Part shown: one piece after another, positions 56,999 through 64,000 of the stretch
Numbering within the stretch: position 1 is the stretch's first letter
How the letters are laid out: every line of letters begins with the position of its first letter
IMG/VR virus record: IMGVR_UViG_3300021400_000062
Location: 1-64,000 of that record
Direction: 5' to 3' (one strand)
Origin: a virus
Lineage: Duplodnaviria > Caudoviricetes
Length of the DNA stretch: 64,000 bases
The notes under the pieces: model-generated
Told to the model about the DNA's origin: nothing
The model's database searches: none
The model's input: the letters and a program-made list of their open reading frames with translations, nothing else
Position numbers and translations under genes: made by a program

Positions 56999-57954
56999 TG
57001 TTCCCAAGATTTTAATATATTACTCCAAGATTCAATTTGATATGGTATTCTTTCTTTTTGAGTATTATAGTAGTAATCAGACATTACTCTCCTTCTATTA
57101 AGATTTGGTTTTCCCGGTCTTAAGAAGTTGTTTGTAATAATATCTGATGCCATTCTTGTTGTTTTTGCATTTAGAAAAGCATTTCTTGCATGCCTTGCTC
57201 CATTAAAACCAGACTCTCCCCACTCTCCGGGAGTGTAGTTTTGTATACCTTTATTTATAATATAATCCAGTTGCTGTTGTTCTTCTGGAGATAAACCAGA
57301 GCCAAAAGAATATGGAGTTCTATTATATGCAAGCATGGCTTTCTTTCTTGCTCCTTCTGCTTGCATAAGTCCATAAGCTGGTCCATTTACTTGTTTCATA
57401 TCAGCGTTAAGGTAACTCTCTACTGCAAGATTGCCAAGTAATCCAGAAGCCTGTTCATTGGTTAATCCACTCTCTCTCAAGTAATCATACATTGGATTAA
57501 CTTGTTCTGCATTGTATTTTTGGTGATTTATAGTGTTTTTATCTCCACCTTCATCAAACCTATTAAAGAATTCTGGATAATCTTTCTTGTAATTCTCTGT
57601 ATAATATTTAGCAAATGGAATAGATGTTCTAACAGTATCACCCCTCTCTATTGCACTATCTATTGTACCATATTCAAGATTTCCGTTATTATCTTGAATT
57701 TCTGGATATATTACAGCACTATTTCCTTCTGTAAAATATCCTAATCTATGTGTAGATTTTGAGCCATCCTCATTCTGTATATATCTTGTATCATTGCTCC
57801 TTAACCTCTCAACAAAGTTTGCATCGTTGTCTCTGAAGTTTTCAAGGTCTTTATCAAACCGATTTTTTATTTCTCCAAGATTATATATACCATTAGAGAC
57901 AGACTGCCTTATTATAGCAGCCTTATCTCTAATGGATAAGTCTTTCCAGCCCAT
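56995..57954 (-). CDS. Modular protein with C-terminal phage tail lysozyme (Phage_lysozyme2-like) domain
   Basis: GLTNEQASGLLGNLAVES...AYGLMQ...QQLDYI...FLRPG. Confidence 0.7.
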   Translation of the reverse strand: MGWKDLSIRDKAAIIRQSVSNGIYNLGEIKNRFDKDLENFRDNDANFVERLRSNDTRYIQNEDGSKSTHRLGYFTEGNSAVIYPEIQDNNGNLEYGTIDSAIERGDTVRTSIPFAKYYTENYKKDYPEFFNRFDEGGDKNTINHQKYNAEQVNPMYDYLRESGLTNEQASGLLGNLAVESYLNADMKQVNGPAYGLMQAEGARKKAMLAYNRTPYSFGSGLSPEEQQQLDYIINKGIQNYTPGEWGESGFNGARHARNAFLNAKTTRMASDIITNNFLRPGKPNLNRRRVMSDYYYNTQKERIPYQIESWSNILKSWEQ

Positions 57955-57955
57955 A

Positions 57956-58123
57956 TTAATTACTCAAATCATTAAGTATAACCTGCTTTATTGCGCTTAT
58001 TGTTTCCAAATCTATATTATCATCACATCCAAGCTTGCCAATAGTTTGAATTACATAGTCTTCATAACTACTGTGCATACCCATATCTTTCAATATCTTC
58101 TGTATAGCTTTCTGTTTTGTCAT
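57956..58123 (-). CDS. 55-aa small protein (not in ORF track)
   Basis: MTKQKAIQKILKDMGMHSSYEDYVIQTIGKLG...LSN*; fills the gap. Confidence 0.5.
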   Translation of the reverse strand: MTKQKAIQKILKDMGMHSSYEDYVIQTIGKLGCDDNIDLETISAIKQVILNDLSN

Positions 58124-58125
58124 GG

Positions 58126-58593
58126 CTACTTTATTTCTATTGTTATCTTTTCACCTCTCTTGTGTGCATCGTAAAGCTTTTTATAAAGCTGCTTGAATAC
58201 TTCTTTTGATTGTAAAAGCTTACCTTTTTGTAGGTTTCTACCCACAAGTACACACCCATATGAATCGAGTGCCGTGTTTCCGGGGTGTATAAGTATGCCA
58301 TCAAACCCCGGAACAAACTTAAGCCTTGGCATTCTTCCACCATTACAGTTTTGCTTATACCAAGATATTGATGCATACTTTGGTGATACTGTCTCCATAT
58401 CTATCTCATATACACCAGATGGTATTGCTGTTTCTCCAGTAACTTTTATTGTAGCTATTCTTGCAAGACTATCAGTTTGTTTCAAACCTCTATCTTTATC
58501 TTCAAGAGATTCATAGAATCTAACACCATTTACAAACAATCTTGATATGGTATATGTTTGCTTTTTCCAAGCTCTATCTATCAGTAGTTTCAT
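58126..58593 (-). CDS. DUF5675-family protein, putative endolysin (His/Cys, YkuD-like)
   Basis: YTISRL...LEDKDRGL...ETAIPSG.Y...GILIHPGN...SYGCVLVG. Confidence 0.75.
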   Translation of the reverse strand: MKLLIDRAWKKQTYTISRLFVNGVRFYESLEDKDRGLKQTDSLARIATIKVTGETAIPSGVYEIDMETVSPKYASISWYKQNCNGGRMPRLKFVPGFDGILIHPGNTALDSYGCVLVGRNLQKGKLLQSKEVFKQLYKKLYDAHKRGEKITIEIK

Positions 58594-58601
58594 ATTAATT
58601 C

Positions 58602-59060
58602 TTATTCTTCTGGTTCATCCCAAAGAACGCCTTCAAGCAACTCCTCTATATAGGCATTGATTCTCGAAGCTTTGTTCTCTGTAATTAATGTATGCCAAGC
58701 ATCAAAGGAAATAGGCTTGATGGTAGGTAATGTTACCTCATCATCGTAGAGGGCCTTTACAAGCTCCGTAAACTTGTTGAACTTGTTGTTAAGTTCTGCG
58801 AGTTCTGATTTCTGTTCCTCGGTGGGTTCTGTGATATCAGATAATTCTTTCCTGCGCTTTTCAAAGGCTGGACCATCTTCTATTCCTGCTTCCACAAGTG
58901 CTTCCCTACGGCTATCTTCCAGAGCAATCATAGCAGCCCTTACAGCCTTACGAAACTTGAATACCACATAAGCATCAGCAGAGCTGAGCGTGTTGGTTGT
59001 GAGTGCAAGCACTCCTGCGTTTACGAGGTTTTCAATTTCAAAATTCTTAAGATTCTTCAT
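58602..59060 (-). CDS. Hypothetical helical protein (possible fibre chaperone)
   Basis: 152-aa ORF downstream of the tail-fibre genes. Confidence 0.55.
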   Translation of the reverse strand: MKNLKNFEIENLVNAGVLALTTNTLSSADAYVVFKFRKAVRAAMIALEDSRREALVEAGIEDGPAFEKRRKELSDITEPTEEQKSELAELNNKFNKFTELVKALYDDEVTLPTIKPISFDAWHTLITENKASRINAYIEELLEGVLWDEPEE

Positions 59061-59074
59061 TATGATTTTTTATT

Positions 59075-60589
59075 TTATGATTGATTACTAACAGGATGAC
59101 ACAGCAATGTATAAACGAGACCCTTGCTTGAATCTACTGATTCAAAGTGTATGCGATACTCTCTATCAAGAGGTACGGTTGGGTAGCGCATTGATGTTAT
59201 ATATCCGATTATTGTATTGTCTGCGTTAACATTATTGAGTGTTGGATACCAGTGAATGTCTGGTGTTACTGCTTGTCCATCTTCATCCACCCAGCCGTTA
59301 TCTGCCGCATTTCTATACCAAGCACCATCCCCACTATCATCTCTCCAAGCTATTTGTGTAACCTTCCAAGGTAGATTAGACTTGATTCTTACAGCTGTTT
59401 CGTTCTCCAATGCAGCATTGAATTCTACACTGCTAATCTGGTCGCCAGAACTATCAACCGCATAGATATAATATCCAGCCGAAGGGTTGTATTTACAAGT
59501 TTGTTTTATTCTAAATTCCTTTGTGAAGTCAGCCGGAAGTGATGCATCACCACCAGCAACTATTCTAACCGTGTTGAGATAATATCCATCAGCATTCCCC
59601 GTGTCTGATGCTGGTATTGCAGAAACATTTAATTCAACCTCCTGCCAGCTACTACTCATACTTCCTTGGCTCGGTGTCATAGTGGCGTGCGGATAATCTA
59701 CCCTACCAAGACCGTCTGCTCGCCAATTAAATCCAGAAATAATCATTGAGGAGGAGCCGCCAGTTATTGGGAATTCCAATGTTTGTTCATCAATGCTTAA
59801 ATAGAATAACGCCACCCTTACTTGGAAGTAAGTACCCGGAATAGGACAACCCCAGATTGGGTTGTTTCCGGTTTGTGCATAAGCAATGAATGTGCAATCA
59901 TATGTTATAGTTTCCGCATATGTGCTTGGTGCATTAAAGTACATCTGCGGAATACTTATAATCGGGTTGTTCTCAATAGTCTGTCCTTCAGTGAACTCCA
60001 TATCTACTTTTGTAACAGCAGCAGATGTATTTGTTGCGTCCCTATAAATAAGCGCAAACTTAAAGTCTGATATATTATATCCAGTACTCGTGAGTGCCCC
60101 TTTAAGGTCGGCGACTTTCATGTTTACCTGCTTGTTGTTGAATGTGTCAATGTTTGGAGAAACCGATATAAGAATATACGGTCTGTCACCAGAAGAACCT
60201 TGTGTGCTAGTATTTACAACCTTGTCTGGCATTTGTGGATAAGGTGCTCTTGCCAAATTATAATAACCGTCAAAATCAAGCACGCGGCTCCTAGTTGGCG
60301 TTACTTTATTCCAGTCCACGCCAGTTTTTGCAGCGGTAAGCATTGTTGCATAATTACTTGAAAATAGCCCAGATGTATCTATTCCGCAGTTAAGCATCTT
60401 GCGCTCTTCCTCCGTCAGTTCTCCGACTTTTGTTCCTCCACAAGGTTTGTATTTTGCGTACTTATTAACCTTCTGTGACTTTGCCATGTCGGAATTATCA
60501 CCCAAAACATAGGCAATATCTGCGAGGGATATACCTATGTTCGGAGTGACTGTCCTGTCCACAAAAATATGTGTAGTATCGTGTGCCAT
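59075..60589 (-). CDS. Tail-associated protein with BACON/Ig-like C-terminal domains
   Basis: VNKYAKYKP...VLDFDGY N-domain; LSIDEQTLEF..TGGS and IKSNLPWKV BACON-like motifs. Confidence 0.6.
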   Translation of the reverse strand: MAHDTTHIFVDRTVTPNIGISLADIAYVLGDNSDMAKSQKVNKYAKYKPCGGTKVGELTEEERKMLNCGIDTSGLFSSNYATMLTAAKTGVDWNKVTPTRSRVLDFDGYYNLARAPYPQMPDKVVNTSTQGSSGDRPYILISVSPNIDTFNNKQVNMKVADLKGALTSTGYNISDFKFALIYRDATNTSAAVTKVDMEFTEGQTIENNPIISIPQMYFNAPSTYAETITYDCTFIAYAQTGNNPIWGCPIPGTYFQVRVALFYLSIDEQTLEFPITGGSSSMIISGFNWRADGLGRVDYPHATMTPSQGSMSSSWQEVELNVSAIPASDTGNADGYYLNTVRIVAGGDASLPADFTKEFRIKQTCKYNPSAGYYIYAVDSSGDQISSVEFNAALENETAVRIKSNLPWKVTQIAWRDDSGDGAWYRNAADNGWVDEDGQAVTPDIHWYPTLNNVNADNTIIGYITSMRYPTVPLDREYRIHFESVDSSKGLVYTLLCHPVSNQS

Positions 60590-60592
60590 AAC

Positions 60593-61489
60593 TTAAACTA
60601 TTTCCTGGCATTCATACTCAAGACCACCACGTGCATTTGCTGGATAGAATCTGTATTTGGTGCCGCCCAGTTCCCAGTAAGCAAAGCTCTGCACAAGCGG
60701 ATTCCCCGGTGTCCAACCAAAGATATTATCAGCATCGCCAAGGAAATTTTCTTTAAGGAGAAGGACATTGGCAAACCGTGTCTTTGTACCATCAAGAGGA
60801 GTTATTTCTGCTGGATAAACATCAATATTATTCATAATAAAAGGACTTATAAACAAGTCTTTTGAATCCTGTGCTATTATTTCGCCTTGGGTTGAATACT
60901 CAAAAGGAAAGTAGAATGATATTGCAGGTTCTGCCATGTTATCATACTTCGCAAGATATTGCTCCCTATGTGATTGGCTGGGCCAAGTTGCATTTGTAAA
61001 ACAAGCGTAGAGCTTTATATTGTTTCCAGTGGTCCATTGATAGATGTTATCAGCAGAGGCGATAAGCTGGAATGTAAATGTGGTTCCAACAAATGCAGGG
61101 TCTGTTATGGTATAGGTAACAGTATCAGAGCGTCTTGCTGCTCTTGGCTCTCCCGAATGTCCTTCGCCAGAAAACGAATAAGCGATAATATATACATCAT
61201 GAGTAGAGCCGTATGCATACTCTCCACCTTCCCAATATCCATGCTCTCCTTGGTCCCAAGATTCCGTGACCTCTGCGACCTTACTTCCATCAACAAATAC
61301 CCAGCACTCCGTTGCACCAGCTGGCCAATTCCACGATACACCAAGCATATAGTTTGGTACAACAGATTGTAGATGCTCAACAGACACAACCGGCTTGTCC
61401 AACACTGGCCAGACTGGTGTAGCTCCAAGGGCTATCGACCATACCTCTTTATCGCCTATGTATATCTTTTTTATGTCTGATAAATCCAT
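60593..61489 (-). CDS. Putative tail-fibre accessory/receptor-binding protein (FN3-like domain)
   Basis: N-terminal IKKIYIGDKEV...VWP; VSWNWPAGA...VFVDG...YIIAY. Confidence 0.55.
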   Translation of the reverse strand: MDLSDIKKIYIGDKEVWSIALGATPVWPVLDKPVVSVEHLQSVVPNYMLGVSWNWPAGATECWVFVDGSKVAEVTESWDQGEHGYWEGGEYAYGSTHDVYIIAYSFSGEGHSGEPRAARRSDTVTYTITDPAFVGTTFTFQLIASADNIYQWTTGNNIKLYACFTNATWPSQSHREQYLAKYDNMAEPAISFYFPFEYSTQGEIIAQDSKDLFISPFIMNNIDVYPAEITPLDGTKTRFANVLLLKENFLGDADNIFGWTPGNPLVQSFAYWELGGTKYRFYPANARGGLEYECQEIV

Positions 61490-61490
61490 A

Positions 61491-63812
61491 TTAGTCTTGA
61501 TAAATAATGTAAATGGTATTCAGGTCTGGAGATGCCGGATATTCCTCTAATGTCACAACGGAGATATGCTTTATTCTATCTCCATCAATGAAATCAAGAG
61601 TGCCATGTTTTGCATCAGCTGTGGCTGGAACAGAGATACCACCACGAAGAGTTGCAAGGCCAGATGCATCCAGAGTAGTCACCCCGGTAAGAGCACCACT
61701 TATATCCTCGCTGCCATTGAAGTCCTGCCCCCAAATCTTGTGCGTGTTGAGAAGCCTTCCCGCCGTAGCAGCATACTGGGCATTGCCAGCATCATTGTTC
61801 TCGTTGGCAGAATAGGTCATATCGCAGCAGAAAGGTGCTGAAAGGCCATCAGAGTTGGGAGAGATTCGTGCTTCCGTAGTGCCTGCCTTTATCGTGTAGA
61901 TAAGTGGCTCTACCAGCTCATACTCTTCTGGGGTGGCGAGTTCGTAGTAGAGCATTACACCACTCATTGCGGATTTGAAAGCGGCGTTATCGAAATAAGA
62001 CTCATCCCTTATAGCAATTTTATTCTCGGATTCGTCACTTGCTATTGTTTTGTCAATGCTATTCACTTGTATAGGAGTGTCAGCTTGATATGGCGGAGTG
62101 ATAATGTTTGCTATGGCGTAAGCGCTGGCAGACTTCTTAATGTCGCTAATAGGAGAACGGAACACGTGGCTTGAACCACCCGTATAGGTCAAACTCCCCA
62201 AGTCCACACTTCCCACTCTCTTGATATACTTATTCCCCACAATCTCGTCATAGACACTTCCAGCACCTTTCACTCCTCCTTCTAAAGTCAGTGTCCCAGA
62301 AGGGAAGTAACGGCCATTGAAGGCGGGGTCACTTACATTTATGCAACCAGTGGCCTTATGTGCAAGAAGTCCTGTTGCTCTTATGTAAGCCGCACCAGTC
62401 GGAGGAGTGAGGGTAAACCCTGCGTTATATTCACCAACCAGTCTGCCAGAAAGGAAATTTTTGTTAGCATCATAATAGCAGATACCTTCCATTCCAGAGC
62501 CAACTCCAAAAGTCAAATTGACATAATATTCTGTATTGGCATTGACGGGTATATACGAGGTCACAAAACATGAACTATCATCCGTGAAAGCGCCAGAAGA
62601 AGCAACAAGACCTTTCCCCTCGGCACTTACTTGCTCATCCCACACATTCGGACTAACTACCTTTATGTTCTTGAGACCAAGGTTGATTCTGGACTTCTTG
62701 TAGGGGAAATACTGGCCGTTTATCGCGGGGTTGGATAAGTTGATGCAGATGTTATTCTGGTAGGTGGCGCCATATGCACTGCTCATACAGAAGCGGATAT
62801 AAAAAGTTCCGGTTGGAATAATGAAGGTAGTATTCGATATATCCATACCCCTTCTCCACGCGGGAGAGCCCGTTTGCCCAGTATAAGGAATGAACGTCTT
62901 GTTAGCATCATAACAATAGATAACGGCGTTCCCGCCTGTAAATCGGTAGGTTTCCCCGCCTTGAACCGGATAATAATTCTTCGCACGAATGGAAGTATTG
63001 TCTGCGACAAAAGCACCATTATTATCTATACTTCCCACTTCCCACTCCTCATTCCACTGGTTTACCCCCGTGGTTTCCACCGCTTCAGCATCGTTGGAGA
63101 TGAGAGTGCCGGGGTTGTATGGGTGGTAGTCCGGATAGAGGGTTTCAAATTCTGCCACCGAGGTCGGCTCGTTGCCAGCACCGAACATCAAGGTAAGGTC
63201 AATAACCTCTATATCCCAGAAGGTGGCCGGAACGCCTTGTGTGCCCCAAAGGGATAAAGCCTGAGCACTTGTTGCTTCAAATACTGCGTTCACATATGTT
63301 TTTGTAGGGTGTGTGGAATCGCCCGTAATGTAGGTTCCCCCCATAAAAATACGCATAATACCCGTGCATTGTATGCCAGAACGGACATAATATTTATGCC
63401 CCACGATTGGCACATAAGCATCATATTCCCCGCCGCCCCAATCATCAGCCGGGGTTATGGTGAAAGAGCCGTCGGCGTTATAGGCTGGATTTTGGAGAAG
63501 TGTCCACCCGTGCGCATCTCCCTGCTCTGGCATTTGTACTTGCTGATTCCACGCGAGTGTCTTGCCTTTTATCCTATCCAAAGTCAGGCTCTTTGCCTTA
63601 ATTGTATTGGGGCTCTTGCGATATACAAACTCCTGCCCGGTAAAGGCTTCACTTATGCCTTCTATTGGCATATAGATATCCGCAAGAGCACTAAACTGAT
63701 TCTGAAGGTATGAATTCAATCCCAAGACCGCTTCCATGACCGTGCGAGGGAATCTGTTTTCAGTCCCAGCAGCATTTTGCATCTGATAAATCTTTCCTGT
63801 TATATTTGTCAT
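61491..63812 (-). CDS. Tail fibre / receptor-binding protein with repeated carbohydrate-binding-like domains
   Basis: IKGKTLAWNQ, IDLTLMFGAGNEPT, two YDANK.F...P.G..YIR repeats, YYELATP, AGRLL...IWGQDFNGSEDISG fibre repeat. Confidence 0.75.
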   Translation of the reverse strand: MTNITGKIYQMQNAAGTENRFPRTVMEAVLGLNSYLQNQFSALADIYMPIEGISEAFTGQEFVYRKSPNTIKAKSLTLDRIKGKTLAWNQQVQMPEQGDAHGWTLLQNPAYNADGSFTITPADDWGGGEYDAYVPIVGHKYYVRSGIQCTGIMRIFMGGTYITGDSTHPTKTYVNAVFEATSAQALSLWGTQGVPATFWDIEVIDLTLMFGAGNEPTSVAEFETLYPDYHPYNPGTLISNDAEAVETTGVNQWNEEWEVGSIDNNGAFVADNTSIRAKNYYPVQGGETYRFTGGNAVIYCYDANKTFIPYTGQTGSPAWRRGMDISNTTFIIPTGTFYIRFCMSSAYGATYQNNICINLSNPAINGQYFPYKKSRINLGLKNIKVVSPNVWDEQVSAEGKGLVASSGAFTDDSSCFVTSYIPVNANTEYYVNLTFGVGSGMEGICYYDANKNFLSGRLVGEYNAGFTLTPPTGAAYIRATGLLAHKATGCINVSDPAFNGRYFPSGTLTLEGGVKGAGSVYDEIVGNKYIKRVGSVDLGSLTYTGGSSHVFRSPISDIKKSASAYAIANIITPPYQADTPIQVNSIDKTIASDESENKIAIRDESYFDNAAFKSAMSGVMLYYELATPEEYELVEPLIYTIKAGTTEARISPNSDGLSAPFCCDMTYSANENNDAGNAQYAATAGRLLNTHKIWGQDFNGSEDISGALTGVTTLDASGLATLRGGISVPATADAKHGTLDFIDGDRIKHISVVTLEEYPASPDLNTIYIIYQD

Positions 63813-63819
63813 AACTTAC

Positions 63820-64000
63820 TTAATTAGCGTGTATATAATCTTCTGTATCGTATGTTGCTGATGCTCTAATCAAAGACCAACTCATATCAAGTGCAAGATA
63901 ATCATTGGCTATTTGTGAGCCATTCCACGCCCCTGTAGTAATCGTACCCAGAGTATTAATGTTCTGTGAGCCACCCCAAGTAGAAAGCGCGATGTTCTCA
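63820..64000 (-). CDS. 3' end of an upstream tail protein (partial)
   Basis: Open frame ...LSTWGGSQNINTLGTITTGAWNGSQI...IHAN* entering from the window edge. Confidence 0.6.
   Translation of the reverse strand, partial: ENIALSTWGGSQNINTLGTITTGAWNGSQIANDYLALDMSWSLIRASATYDTEDYIHAN

Noticed and set aside
1-64000. Stop-codon reassignment, as in some crAss lineages
   Set aside because: All large genes are intact in code 11, TAG and TGA both end genes cleanly, and no suppressor tRNA is present.
59075-64000. Diversity-generating retroelement or invertible fibre cassette
   Set aside because: No reverse transcriptase, recombinase or adenine-variable repeat pair was seen within the window.
1-64000. 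CRISPR array or mini-array
   Set aside because: No regularly spaced direct repeats were seen; intergenic spaces are short and explained by promoters, terminators and tRNAs.

Overview
This window is about 64 kb of a crAss-like (Crassvirales) Bacteroidota phage genome. It uses the standard genetic code and is AT-rich overall. The left arm (+ strand) holds dUTPase, a membrane-anchored retropepsin, a family-B DNA polymerase, GroEL, a ThyX-like protein, an HD/DUF5662 protein, a 3223-aa virion RNA polymerase (DFDID motif) and a 1393-aa companion protein. It meets a long minus-strand late region at a bidirectional terminator. Read in transcription order, that region has tail fibres, an endolysin candidate, a lysozyme-domain protein, three tRNAs, a Tad2/DUF2829-like protein, GroES, terminase, portal, lysis-type membrane genes, an uncharacterised cassette with its own promoter, scaffold, major capsid, ring proteins, auxiliary capsid, IHF-like protein, muzzle, and cargo/ejection proteins. 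Late transcription units carry canonical Bacteroidota sigma-A promoters. Highlights: (1) a separately promoted six-gene cassette between portal and capsid genes, with a Gly-rich TM/CQCCC protein first and a HExxH peptidase last; (2) a recurrent x-x-GG motif shared by a cargo protein, a lysozyme and a 42-aa basic peptide missing from the ORF track; (3) nested ART-like domains and a zincin on the RNAP N-terminus; (4) a PolB with degenerate proofreading motifs; (5) GroEL and an enlarged GroES about 50 kb apart. All calls come from motif recognition and synteny by eye; no database search was run.
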